From assembly GCA_963752255.1 (NCBI GenBank), contig CAVVXT010000019.1, forward strand, positions 64,001-128,000: 64,000 bases of DNA, given 5' to 3'. The stretch comes from Nitrososphaeria archaeon (GTDB taxonomy: Archaea > Thermoproteota > Nitrososphaeria > JACIWG01). Every line of letters begins with the position of its first letter. Within the stretch, counting starts at the first letter, position 1. Made by a program: the position numbers and the translations under genes. Shown piece after piece: positions 41,827 through 52,188 of the stretch. The notes below the pieces were generated by a model that worked only from the letters and a program-made list of their open reading frames with translations, had not been told where the DNA came from and searched no databases.

Positions 41827-41923
41827 TTATAATTAAAACGATAGGTTGTTAAAAACTGTTTCTATCTTAGAATTTCTTGTAGCGGGCTAACCAAGGGTTT
41901 TTTAGCAAGGTTTTACTATATAC

Positions 41924-42487
41924 TCATTCAGATCTACATTCATCGCAAAGATATTTATCGTCCACTTCAACCAGTGTGTCAGACCATCTTGAACAGATGT
42001 CGCAGTAACCCGCCATGTAGATAGACCCTTTCTGGGATTCAGAAAATGAAGTTTCGATGTTTAGTCTCTCTGAGAATATTTCTATAAGCTCTGGCGTTAT
42101 CGCTATAATGTCCCAGACGGACAATATACCCTCAAGGTTTCCTCGATATGTAACTCCGACACGTTTCACCTTCTTCTTCCTCATGTACTTTACAGCATCA
42201 ATGACCTTTGCCTCGCTCTCGACCGTGTAAATTGGTGTGCTCATTATTTCCCTTGCCTTTGTCTTGTCAGGATCTAGACCGCTTGAAACAACACGATAAA
42301 TTATATCGCCATCGGTCACCATACCTATAGGCAGCTTGTTCTCTACTATGACTATGCTACCAACGCTGCTTTCAGTCATCTTTTGAGCTATCTGTCTAAC
42401 GGTTTCGTCAGGACCTCCGGTAATAACTGGGCTGTTCATCACTTCCCTAACAGTTATATTTGCAGGATTAGTCGCACTAGATTCCAT
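41924..42487 (-). CDS. CBS pair plus C-terminal Zn-ribbon protein
   Basis: VREVM..PV, GMVTDGD, terminal GYCDIC...CDEC. Confidence 0.88.
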   Translation of the reverse strand: MESSATNPANITVREVMNSPVITGGPDETVRQIAQKMTESSVGSIVIVENKLPIGMVTDGDIIYRVVSSGLDPDKTKAREIMSTPIYTVESEAKVIDAVKYMRKKKVKRVGVTYRGNLEGILSVWDIIAITPELIEIFSERLNIETSFSESQKGSIYMAGYCDICSRWSDTLVEVDDKYLCDECRSE

Positions 42488-42536
42488 GAATACCTTGTCA
42501 ACGCTTGGTTAGGAACAGGAGTAGAAAAATATTTCC

Positions 42537-44437
42537 TTACGATTTGATCTTACATCCTCCCGGAGGTAGAGATAGAGTGAAATCTTCTAATGGAATGTTT
42601 CTTACATCCTCTAAGGAGTTCATCTTTTCCAAGAGAACTGCTTTGATCTTCTTTGCAGCATAGTTCTTTTCCTCTCTCCCTGGCAGAATCTGAACATATG
42701 CTTCAGCGTATGCTTTTACGGCCCCCATTGGCCCGCTTACGACAGAATAGTGGTCCTTAACCTTTGTTATTGCAACGGCAAGTTCGAGGGGAATGTTCTT
42801 TACATAATTTCTCTTTCCCGAAATCATGAAAGCTCCTTTGCCTATATATTGCCCCGAAGGCGCTTGCTTTGAAATCTGATCTTTGAACACCCAGTACGCT
42901 TCCCCTGAAGCTATTCCAAGCTTCCAGATGTTACTGAAAGCTACCGCGGCTAGAGCGGTTTCCCTTACACTAGGTTCCGTTGCCCTTTTACCTTCTTTAA
43001 TTATGAAGAAAGGTGCACCAGTGAACTCCGCGTGAAACACGATGTCTCCATCTCCCAAATATTTCTTTATTACTGCTTCATTTGAAGAAGCATCTCTTCC
43101 ACCTATCGCTAAAAACCCCTCTGATGTACGGAACCAGCGATATCTTTCATACCATTCTTTTTCAAAAATCTTTCGGCTTCCTTTTACCACGTTTCTTTCC
43201 TTTAATTCTACCTTCTTTTCTATCTGTTGCAGTTCCCTTTCCAATTTTTTTACTGAAGAATCGATGTCCAGCATTCCTTGTGACAGAACCTTGGTGGCGT
43301 TAAAGATTTCTGAGCGGGTCTTCATAGGGTTAAGCTGGTCTAATTCGAACTCGAAGTTCTTATAAGAAATTTTTAGTATATCATCACTTAAACTTACGAT
43401 CCCAGATTTGAATAACTTCAAAAACTGATCTTTGTCTTGATAGTACAGCGAGATACTTTCAATGATGTTGTTCGCGATTTCGGTTAAAACCTTCTTATCT
43501 TCGGCTAGCATTTCCTTTTTCTTATTCAAGCCTTCCATCGTGTTCTTCAGTCCTTCTCTCTCCCTATACATTGGGTGAAGAAGTGCCTGTTCTCTTTCTT
43601 CAGACAACTTCTTGTGTACAGCGCGTCTAATGCTTCATTAAGACTTCCAACTTCCTTGATTTCATGCTGGTTAAGGCCAGTGGGAAAAATTGAAAAGTCG
43701 ACTGGTTCTTCCCCGTCAACAAAAAGTACCGGCCTAATTTTGAAGTCTTCTGAGAAAAAACCATGTATAGCTGTAATAAGCGACCTTAGTGTCTGTTCGC
43801 CGATCTCTTTCCCAGTCGAACCAGCTGGCAAGTTGAGGAGAGCTGGAAGAGTATCGATATATTTTTTGGGGAGGGAAAGGTTTTTCCCTAGCCATTTCCT
43901 AAAATCTTCTTGGTATCCAAGAAGAGGTTTAAAAAATTCTTCATCGACCGCAAGGGGGTCGGCTCCTCTCTGTGGTGGGGGAATATACTTAGCTCCTAGG
44001 GCTATTCTCCTATGTTTTGTTTCACGATATTCTAACGCCGCAAGAATAATATCTTTATCGTCTAAGAGAATCAAGTTTCCACTACTGAAGAATTCGGCAA
44101 CAAGTTTAGTCGCTTCACAACCAATGAATTCTATTACTACTATTCTTTCAGTTCCAAGCTGGGATATCGACAAGATCTTTCCCCTAGAAAGTTTTTTTCT
44201 AAACAGATTCAGAAGGCTGTCAGTGCTTTCTCCTTCAAGCTTAGCTTCTGTAACCCAGATCGCACGCCCGCGGTTTAAAACAAGCCTTCTTTCTGGGTTT
44301 GAAGGATGGTGTAGCCTAATAAGTAATGTGCCTTCAACGACCCAGTAAACGTTGTTAACATAATAATCCTTAAGACTATCATTTAACCACCTGACTTGGT
44401 GAAAGAGTTCTATGTTGCTTAGCGCAGGGGTGCTCAT
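42537..44437 (-). CDS. rqcH: Ribosome quality-control factor Rqc2/RqcH (NEMF/NFACT), split by a -1 indel at ~43612
   Basis: NFACT-N motifs Q...ERIV and EFF..GNLIL; NFACT-R motifs WYERYRWF..S.G...GGRDA..NE, HA...GAP, SG.Y..KGAF.I.G.RNY. Confidence 0.88.
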
Positions 44438-44455
44438 CTTGGAGGCCGTGGGGAT

Positions 44456-44740
44456 ATGTTAACAGACAGCAATAAACTATTCTGGATTAGAGCCATCTTT
44501 GCAGTATTATCAGGGTACGTGTCTGGAATAATGAAATTCAGCGACAGCACCGCCTTTTTTGGTGTGGGTATTATCGTATTCATGTATATCTTATCATATT
44601 TTATAGGGGAAGCCTTTATATTCAAAGGTAAAAAGGTTAGCAGAAATACACTGATACTCACTGGAATAGGTACATTCATTATGTTGTCCCTTTTTACGTG
44701 GATCCTCTTCTACACTCTGACGTTCTATGGATTTATTTAG
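44456..44740 (+). CDS. EMC6/Rab5ip-like small membrane protein
   Basis: Three TM helices; WIR...AVLSG..SGI and G...F....LFTW...YTL match the EMC6 pattern. Confidence 0.65.
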   Translation: MLTDSNKLFWIRAIFAVLSGYVSGIMKFSDSTAFFGVGIIVFMYILSYFIGEAFIFKGKKVSRNTLILTGIGTFIMLSLFTWILFYTLTFYGFI

Positions 44741-45014
44741 CTCCCTTTTCTATCAGATCAATATATGTGAATAACAGCGAAAAGTAATCGGAATCGAATT
44801 CTGAAAGCCATCCACGGGAGAGTAAGTTTGACATACTAGCCTTCATGGACTTTAGTCTCCCAAGTTCTTCTTGGGTAATATCTCCATTTTTAAGAAGACT
44901 TTTTAAACAGTTTATTGCCTGTGACGCACCGAGCGAATCTTTAGCAGCTTCCTTAGCTTCTTCCCATCTACCTGTCTGAATCAGCTTCACAATTTCTATC
45001 GTATTGTTTATCAA
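44733..45014 (-). CDS. Hypothetical protein
   Basis: 93-aa ORF overlapping the stop of the upstream gene by 4 nt. Confidence 0.55.
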   Translation of the reverse strand: MINNTIEIVKLIQTGRWEEAKEAAKDSLGASQAINCLKSLLKNGDITQEELGRLKSMKASMSNLLSRGWLSEFDSDYFSLLFTYIDLIEKGAK

Positions 45015-45922
45015 GAAATGTCCCCTGCACCATATTCTGTTAAACTAAACTCGGTGGTCTCTACACGGTCTCCTATTACAACTTTAGCTTCCCAAGTCAT
45101 ATCTTCTGACCTACTTAGCAAAATCTTCGTTCGAATAAAAGGGCCTATGATATCCTCATATTCTGGGACTAAAGCACTGTCTCGAAACCTCCTCATACTA
45201 TTGCTTAGAAGTATAACGATCATGTTATCGCGTGCAGCTAAGTAGTTTAGTCTCATAATAAAGTTCTCCAACGCTTTAAGCCTATAGAAGATTATGCTCT
45301 TCTTCTTGGCAACTAGTTTAAGTGATTCGCATAAACCGTCGATTACCAGGAGTTTGTGATTGAATCGTTTAAAAGAGTTCTGATATATTTTAAAGATTTC
45401 AAATTGTTGGGGTAAACTATAGGGTCTGAAGACCGAGATTTTATTTAATATTTCTTTGGAATCTAAACCGTGATATTGTCCAAGTACGTTTAGCATTTCT
45501 GGTCTAAACATTCCATTGGAGTCGTTGTAGAGAACTACTCCTTCTTTTTGTTCATGTAGAAAGTTGAGCACAATGTCGTAGCAGAGTTGGATACGAGGAA
45601 AATGTTGTTCACTGCATATTTCAGTTATCTGTCGAGAAGGTATGCCGCTTTTAAGCTTTGAATTAAGAGAAACCGATGATATTGCGATATTGTTTATTTC
45701 TCCACCTACATTTTTGTCTAAAACTCTGTATACTCCGCCTACCCTACACTGTAACGTCGAAATAATGTTGACAAGCTCGTCTTTTTCAAAATATTTCTCT
45801 AGGATGTCGTGGGGAGTTAAAAGGAACTGTAGAACTGTGCAAATGTTTCCTTGAGCAAGCTGTCCAACCTTTTCTTTGGATATTATATTTAATTCATTTA
45901 TCAGTGGACTCTGCTCCATCAT
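45011..45922 (-). CDS. Divergent RadA/Rad51 paralog with degenerate Walker A
   Basis: GIP..QITEI, QLC, Y.DS.G.FRPE, LLVIDG. The Walker A position reads SEQHFPRI. Confidence 0.75.
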   Translation of the reverse strand: MMEQSPLINELNIISKEKVGQLAQGNICTVLQFLLTPHDILEKYFEKDELVNIISTLQCRVGGVYRVLDKNVGGEINNIAISSVSLNSKLKSGIPSRQITEICSEQHFPRIQLCYDIVLNFLHEQKEGVVLYNDSNGMFRPEMLNVLGQYHGLDSKEILNKISVFRPYSLPQQFEIFKIYQNSFKRFNHKLLVIDGLCESLKLVAKKKSIIFYRLKALENFIMRLNYLAARDNMIVILLSNSMRRFRDSALVPEYEDIIGPFIRTKILLSRSEDMTWEAKVVIGDRVETTEFSLTEYGAGDIS

Positions 45923-45982
45923 AAACGCATAGCCTTATACAAGAATAAGATAAAAATAATAATGTGTAGAAAATAGCATAAC

Positions 45983-46840
45983 GTGTCAAATATGGGAGAG
46001 TACGAACAAGTGCTCGAAAAGGCTGTTATGAAGATGGTAACGGAGATTCCACCTGACGTCTTTGCAGCCCTTAAAATTGCGGCAGGTAAAGAGAAGCTGG
46101 AAATCGCAAAGAAACAATTTGAAACGATAATTAAAAGTATCAGCCTAAGCCACACCGGTAGTCTACCTCTATGCCAAGACACCGGCCTGTTAACCGTTTT
46201 TTTAAATGGGAAATATGTAGTCGACTACAATTTAATCAGGGAAGTTCTGAATAGAATCATAATTAAGCTAACAAAGTCAGGGAAGATAAGGCCCAATCTT
46301 GTCAATGCAATAAGCAGGGTTCCAATCGAAGGAAATGTAGGTTTCGGTCAGCCTGAAATCTACCTCGGAATGGAAAAAGAGGATTCGATAAAGATGATGC
46401 TGAAGGGTGCGGGTTCTGAGAACTATTCTTCCTTAGAGATGTTTCTACCATCAGCAGACATGCGTGAGATAAATAGATTCATCCTTAAGAAAACTCTCGA
46501 TGCCGGAGGAAAAATATGCCCACCTTCTATCGTAAGCGTGTCCATAGGCGGTTCACCTGCTGCCGCAGTAATAGAGTCTAGGAAAGCCTTGTTCGCCAGG
46601 ATTGGTGTAAGGAACAAGGATAAAGATGTAGCTGTATGGGAAAAGAGGCTTCTTAAAGCCTTGAATGCGTTGAACATAGGTCCAATGGGTTTAGGAGGAA
46701 AAACAAGTGTACTCGATGTGAAGATTAGCGTCTTAGGCACGCACATTGCAATGTTGCCGGTAGCTTTAACATACAACTGTTGGGCACTTCGTCGGATACA
46801 GATCCGAAGGGTTCAAGGAAAAGAGGTGATTTTATGGTAA
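45983..46840 (+). CDS. Fe-S fumarate hydratase/tartrate dehydratase, alpha subunit
   Basis: PLCQDTG, KGAGSEN, CPP, GPMGLGG, HIA, CWA.R. Confidence 0.92.
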   Translation: MSNMGEYEQVLEKAVMKMVTEIPPDVFAALKIAAGKEKLEIAKKQFETIIKSISLSHTGSLPLCQDTGLLTVFLNGKYVVDYNLIREVLNRIIIKLTKSGKIRPNLVNAISRVPIEGNVGFGQPEIYLGMEKEDSIKMMLKGAGSENYSSLEMFLPSADMREINRFILKKTLDAGGKICPPSIVSVSIGGSPAAAVIESRKALFARIGVRNKDKDVAVWEKRLLKALNALNIGPMGLGGKTSVLDVKISVLGTHIAMLPVALTYNCWALRRIQIRRVQGKEVILW

Positions 46841-47427
46841 AAGCAAGTTCGAAAGTTAAAGTAATGGATTTGGTAAATAGATCGAAAGATTTTAGGGTAG
46901 GAAATGTAATTTACTTAACAGGCGACATAGCTATTGCGAGAGACCAAGCCCATAAACGTCTCTGTGAGAACGATTTCATCTTAACAGATATAGTAGACCT
47001 GCCTGTCTATCACTGTGGACCCATAGCAATCCAAGAACGAGGGGGATTCAAATTTTTGGGGGCAGGTCCCACAACGAGCAAAAGGATGGAGAAGTTTACA
47101 GAACAGATGATTTTGAAATATCATACACCTCTATTCATTGGAAAAGGGGGTTTTGGCGACGTTGGTAAAGCAGCTATAGTAAAATATGGCTCTTTCTACA
47201 GCGAATTCACAGGTGGAGCTTCAGCCTATGCTGTATCAAAGATCGATAGAGTTCTTAAAATTTTCTTTGAGGATCTAGGAACATCTGAAGCCTTATGGAT
47301 TATATCAGTAAAGGATTTCGGGCCTTTACTTGTGACCCAAGACTCTCAAGGAAACGATCTCAGGTCTGACGTGTACAAAAATGCAGTCGAAAAAATGGAC
47401 CGAATATTAGGCGAGTACGGTCTATAG
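46834..47427 (+). CDS. Fe-S fumarate hydratase/tartrate dehydratase, beta subunit
   Basis: ARD.AH.R, YHCGP, GPTTS.RM, IGKGG, FGPL.V..D..GN. GAGGTGA RBS. Confidence 0.92.
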   Translation: MVKASSKVKVMDLVNRSKDFRVGNVIYLTGDIAIARDQAHKRLCENDFILTDIVDLPVYHCGPIAIQERGGFKFLGAGPTTSKRMEKFTEQMILKYHTPLFIGKGGFGDVGKAAIVKYGSFYSEFTGGASAYAVSKIDRVLKIFFEDLGTSEALWIISVKDFGPLLVTQDSQGNDLRSDVYKNAVEKMDRILGEYGL

Positions 47428-47430
47428 TTT

Positions 47431-49329
47431 CTATATTCTTGTATGCGCTTCTATACCAAGAATGCTCATCAAAGTTTTGAGAGCATTCGCAAATGCGATT
47501 ACCAGAATAAGCCTCTGCTCCTTCTTAGCTTCGTTCTTCTCATGCAAAACTGGATACTTTTCATAGAACGTGTTAAATAACAGACAGATCGAATGTGTAT
47601 ACTCCGCCAATTTGTTTGTTTGGAGATTTTCTACGGAATCTTTTAGATTAGTGTCCATTTTGGACAACTCTTTAACAATCATGTATTCTTCTATTCCATC
47701 TAATTCGGTTATGGAGAAACTCTTTTTGACCGGTTCCCCGTACTTTTCAATGATTCTTGATGCTCTTGCGAACGTGTACTGTAGATATGGTCCTGTGTCA
47801 CCTTCGATCTTCAGTACTTCGTTTAAGTCAAAGACTAGTATTTTTTTAAAGTCCTGTTTTACCAAACTGTACCTAATTGCTGAAACTGCTAGGGAAGTCG
47901 AAATTGTTATCAGCCATTCTTCGTCAGCCTCAGGATTTCTCTGCTTACTCCCAATATACGCGAGTTTCTTCAGTTTTTCGAGAACATCATCTGCATTTAT
48001 GTAGATACCCGCCCTTCCTGACATGTGGACGAAATCTTTATCTTCTACTTTAAGGCCCATTTCTTTAGCCGTATCTCTACTGAGTGACACAATTTCGTAA
48101 CCTAGATGAATATAGTTTTTCTCTTTTCCTTTTTCTCCCAATTCTTTAAGGATGCTCGCTATTATCTTTTGAAGCCATGCTTGTCGAACATCAATCACGT
48201 TTATCGCGACGTCCGCGTTGTTGAAAGATGGATGACCTTTAACACCCTCTGAGAGGGTTGTTCTCCAAAGAACTCTTCCGTTTCGTTGTTTGAAAAATTC
48301 CACGTATTTAAAAAAGTCCTCTATCAGCCCAAGCTTCCAAGCCGCGTAAGGTATGTCTTTCGCAATATACGTCAGGGTGCCATCACTCCTGATCAAAATT
48401 TTGTCTTGGTCGCCTCCACCTTTTATAATCCAGCACCCAGAGTTCTCTCCCTCCCCTTCATAACTGACAAGGTTATTGTCTTTCATTTTTTGAAAAACCT
48501 CCTGCCACATCCCCGAAGTAAATATGTGTGATTCGAAGTTCAGACAGTCATAATATGCTCCTACGGCGGAACATGTTTTCAGCTGTTCTAGAAGAACACG
48601 CTCTGTAATAGCCTTTGAATAGGCAAAAATTTCAGAATCATGATCTTCCATTTCCTTTAAAACAACCCTTCTGTATTGTTCCGTTTCCGGCTTTTCTAAA
48701 TAGATCTGATTCACTTTGACGTACACTTGATCTCCGCAATAGTGATCGAATTTTGTTTTGGGATCGGATGGATTTTCTGGGAAACCGAGGAACCTGAAAC
48801 CTACAATAATATCCGCCACCTGAAGCCCTGAGTCGTCAACGTAGTTTAGGACTGTGACATCATGGTTGGTGTACTTCAGAAGACGCTGAATCGTGTCTCC
48901 TATCACAACGTTCCGCATATGACCTATATGGAGCGCCTTATTGGGGTTGACACTGGTGTGCTCTACAATCACCTTTTTACCCTTTCCGACGTCGATGTAA
49001 CCGGGTTTTTCTTCCATCATATTACATAAGGTCATTGTCAGAAACTTCGGTTTATCTACTCTAAAGTTCAAGTAGGCTGGAGGTGATACAGATACTTCAG
49101 ACACCAAATCATGCTTCACACCTCCCATCGCTGAATGCAGTTCCTCCGCTATTTCGAATGGCTTTTTTCTTGCAGTCTTTGCAATATCAAAGGCGATCGT
49201 AGAAGAGAGGTCCCCAAACTGAGGCCTTGGAGGCTCCTCTAATGGAATGTGACTTACCCTGTATCCCAGCTTATCAGCTGCCAGGGTAATGCTCTTCTCC
49301 ACCTCTCTCCTAAAAGCTTCAAAAGCCAT
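47431..49329 (-). CDS. argS: Arginine--tRNA ligase
   Basis: EHTSVNPNKALHIGH.RN, RSDGT..Y, MSGR.G, GDTGPYLQY..AR. Confidence 0.96.
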   Translation of the reverse strand: MAFEAFRREVEKSITLAADKLGYRVSHIPLEEPPRPQFGDLSSTIAFDIAKTARKKPFEIAEELHSAMGGVKHDLVSEVSVSPPAYLNFRVDKPKFLTMTLCNMMEEKPGYIDVGKGKKVIVEHTSVNPNKALHIGHMRNVVIGDTIQRLLKYTNHDVTVLNYVDDSGLQVADIIVGFRFLGFPENPSDPKTKFDHYCGDQVYVKVNQIYLEKPETEQYRRVVLKEMEDHDSEIFAYSKAITERVLLEQLKTCSAVGAYYDCLNFESHIFTSGMWQEVFQKMKDNNLVSYEGEGENSGCWIIKGGGDQDKILIRSDGTLTYIAKDIPYAAWKLGLIEDFFKYVEFFKQRNGRVLWRTTLSEGVKGHPSFNNADVAINVIDVRQAWLQKIIASILKELGEKGKEKNYIHLGYEIVSLSRDTAKEMGLKVEDKDFVHMSGRAGIYINADDVLEKLKKLAYIGSKQRNPEADEEWLITISTSLAVSAIRYSLVKQDFKKILVFDLNEVLKIEGDTGPYLQYTFARASRIIEKYGEPVKKSFSITELDGIEEYMIVKELSKMDTNLKDSVENLQTNKLAEYTHSICLLFNTFYEKYPVLHEKNEAKKEQRLILVIAFANALKTLMSILGIEAHTRI

Positions 49330-49438
49330 CTCTTTTCCTCATCTATCAGCTTCAGTCCATCTAAAAAACTTATCTTGGATCCTCCTTATCTAAGATATTT
49401 GACAGAATTTAATATTTAGACAACGATTCCCGAAGATT

Positions 49439-49690
49439 TTAGCCTTCGGCTTCATAGAATTTTTTTTCCACTACAGAAAGCGTGCCGGATCTGATTATTG
49501 TACGGTAATCCCTATCTAGGTCCTGTTTATGCAAATATTTCTTAATAAGCATCTCAAGTTCTTCCGTTTTAGTCCCACTGAAATCGATAGAATCGCCGTC
49601 AACCTTTCCCTCAACTTTTTTCCTCTCCCTGACAAATTCTTGGAAATCTGAAATCTTATCTTTCATCTTTCCAAATTTTACTATCGCCAT
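49439..49690 (-). CDS. Ribosomal protein eL22 (L22e)-like
   Basis: DFQEFVRERKKVEGK and LIKKYLHKQDLDRDYR align with eukaryotic eL22 NFEQFLQERIKVNGK and LTKKYLKKNNLRDWLR. Confidence 0.7.
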   Translation of the reverse strand: MAIVKFGKMKDKISDFQEFVRERKKVEGKVDGDSIDFSGTKTEELEMLIKKYLHKQDLDRDYRTIIRSGTLSVVEKKFYEAEG

Positions 49691-49835
49691 ATCGATCACT
49701 GCACCACCAAGTCTACAGTCTACAGCCTTTATTAGCTTAAAGATAGGCCCCCTTTCTTTTTTCTGTTCAACTAAACTAGAACCATCTATCTTAAGGACGG
49801 CGTAATCGTTTAAGACACGCGTCTATAATAAAATA

Positions 49836-50855
49836 TTACTTTAACCCGAGTTCCTTCCTTCTATCAATCGTTGCTTCGGCGTCGGCACCTGTGCTTATTA
49901 TAGATACCGGCACCTTTACCTCTTTTTCAATATTTTCGACCATTTTCCTTGCATCTACGGGAAGCAATGAGAAATCTCTTAGATTCTTTGCGGCTGGAAA
50001 CAGAATATCAAATTTCGTTACAGCCACCTGTGTCGCGGAATTCAACATCACCGCTCTTTTGGCCAGTTCAAAGTTGAAAGGCGCACTTCTTCTGGTTCTC
50101 CCTGTGACGGTCGCTCTCTCCAACCACCCCCTCTTTTCAGCTTCCTGTTCTGACAGTTCTCCGGGAAGCTCCCCCCCACCCACACGTGTAACGTAAGCCT
50201 TGAAGACTATTATAACGCTGTCTACGGCCTTCGGTCCTATTCCGATGTCAGAACAGATGGCTGAAGCTGTAACGTCTTTGGTTGTCACAAATGGATATGT
50301 GCCATGGTAGAGGGATATGTATGTACCCTGAGTTCCCTCAACATGAACGATCTCTCCATTTGATATTGCTTCATTGACCAGAAAAGAGACATCACCCGTA
50401 TATTTGGATAGAGATGGTACATCTTTGGCAAGTCGAGCCACCCGCATTATCCTCTCCACATTCGCCGGCCCACATCCTGTACCCGTTGTCCCAATCTTTC
50501 CCTTCAAGTACGCGTCTGAGCGGTCTTTATCAACATCCTTTTCCTCTATAACACCACATTGTCTGTCAATAGTCAGCCTGTTGTCGACGTTAAACTGTTC
50601 TATTTCTTTCGTCAACACTTTAGGGTCGACGAGAACACCGGCTCCTATCATCAACTTCGTACTCTCATTTATCAGAGCACTTGGTAACATTCTCAACTTG
50701 CTTTCTATCCCTCTATAGACAACTGTGTGTCCAGCATTTGGACCAACACCCCCTCGTACTGCAATTTTTGGTTTGTCTTTAATGGCTAAATAAGAGACTA
50801 TCTTACCTTTTCCTTCATCTCCATAGAAGCCTCCTACAATAACGGTGCAGGTCAT
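49836..50855 (-). CDS. purA: Adenylosuccinate synthetase (short archaeal form)
   Basis: GDEGKGK, GPNAGHT, IGTTG.GCGP, EGTQG, GTYP.VT, TVTGR.RR. Confidence 0.96.
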   Translation of the reverse strand: MTCTVIVGGFYGDEGKGKIVSYLAIKDKPKIAVRGGVGPNAGHTVVYRGIESKLRMLPSALINESTKLMIGAGVLVDPKVLTKEIEQFNVDNRLTIDRQCGVIEEKDVDKDRSDAYLKGKIGTTGTGCGPANVERIMRVARLAKDVPSLSKYTGDVSFLVNEAISNGEIVHVEGTQGTYISLYHGTYPFVTTKDVTASAICSDIGIGPKAVDSVIIVFKAYVTRVGGGELPGELSEQEAEKRGWLERATVTGRTRRSAPFNFELAKRAVMLNSATQVAVTKFDILFPAAKNLRDFSLLPVDARKMVENIEKEVKVPVSIISTGADAEATIDRRKELGLK

Positions 50856-51195
50856 ATTCTAACATTAAAAGGGAATAATAATAGAGTATAATAAGATTTG
50901 ACTTCATTTTAGTTCTAATCCCTCTATCTCAGTCTTCCATAAAGATACTCGAAATTCGCGTAGAGATACTGCTGATTTACGTCTTCCCTACTGAGAAACT
51001 TTCAGTCACGGAAACAAGTTTACAAACAATATCTTTCATTCAATCTCTATAAGCTGCTTCTTAAAACAACCTTATCCTAAGTCCCGGCTCCTGGTGACAG
51101 ATTTAAGTTAATACTTCATTGAATTTTATCGGGATAAGCACTTTAAAATGCCTAAAGATATAAAGATTAATCCTTAATGTATGTAGTGGAAAAAA

Positions 51196-52188
51196 ATGAA
51201 GGCATTCGGTAAAATTAACGAAAAAGATTTGAGAAAATATGTATTACCAAATTTAGGTGTAAAAGATGAGAATTTAATAGAATCTGCGGATGTCGGCGTC
51301 GACTTTGCGGTGTTGCAGAGCACAAACCAATATATTATCATCTCATCAGACCCGATTACTGGTGTTAGAAGGAACATAGGCTTGTATGCGGTAAACGTAA
51401 ACGCAAATGACGTGGCGACAAGCGGCAACAGGCCAAGATTTATGTTGAACGTTATACTCCTCTCACAGACTGAGAACGCCTCGTCACTAGCTGAGATAAC
51501 GAAAGAGATTGACAGGGCATGTAAGATTTTAGGCATCTCGGTTATAGGAGGCCACACTGAGACTACAAAAGGCATCAAACAGACAATCCTTGTTATGACA
51601 GCCTTCACCTTTGCCAGCAGTTACGTTTCCTCAAAAAGAGCAAAGGAAGGGGACGTAATTTTGATGAGTAAAACCGCTGGCCTAGAAGGCACCAGTATCT
51701 TAGCTCATGAATACAGAAAGAACCTTAGTCACTTAGGTGAAAAAATGATTGAGAACGCCTTGAAGATGGTTGACCAAATAAGTGTCGTAAACGAAGCTGA
51801 AGCCGCTTTCAAAACCGGTTACGTACACGCTATGCATGACCCCACAGAAGGCGGTGTCCTAGGAGGCGTGTATGAAATGAGTGTAGCTTCGAAGCTGGGA
51901 TTTATCATAGACAAAAATCTGATCCCAGTGGCACAAGAGACAAAGAAGATAAGTAAAGCCCTGCAGATCGATCCTTTAAAGCTGATCAGTTCAGGGGTCC
52001 TACTTCTAGCCGTCGATCCAAAGGGCAAGGAGTATGTTATCGAAGCGTTAAAGGGCAAGGGAGTAGAGGTCAATGAAATAGGGTATTTCATGTTGGGTGA
52101 AAGATTTCTTTTGTCAAATGGAAGGAGGTTGTTGGTTAAGGAGAGCCCTATTGACGAACTTTGGAGGATAAAGAAGAAGGATTTATAG
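51196..52188 (+). CDS. AIR synthase-related (PurM/HypE-like) protein
   Basis: SSDPITG, NANDVA, GGHTE, EGT, MHDPTEGG, LISSG. Confidence 0.88.
   Translation: MKAFGKINEKDLRKYVLPNLGVKDENLIESADVGVDFAVLQSTNQYIIISSDPITGVRRNIGLYAVNVNANDVATSGNRPRFMLNVILLSQTENASSLAEITKEIDRACKILGISVIGGHTETTKGIKQTILVMTAFTFASSYVSSKRAKEGDVILMSKTAGLEGTSILAHEYRKNLSHLGEKMIENALKMVDQISVVNEAEAAFKTGYVHAMHDPTEGGVLGGVYEMSVASKLGFIIDKNLIPVAQETKKISKALQIDPLKLISSGVLLLAVDPKGKEYVIEALKGKGVEVNEIGYFMLGERFLLSNGRRLLVKESPIDELWRIKKKDL

Noticed and set aside
43575-44348. Long antisense ORFs (e.g. 257 aa opposite rqcH, 199 aa opposite the ECF gene, 170 aa opposite the coiled-coil gene)
   Set aside because: Shadow frames of well-supported genes with no motifs.
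50856-51195. 340-bp gap between purA and the AIR-synthase-like gene
   Set aside because: Divergent promoter region with no supportable ORF or RNA structure.
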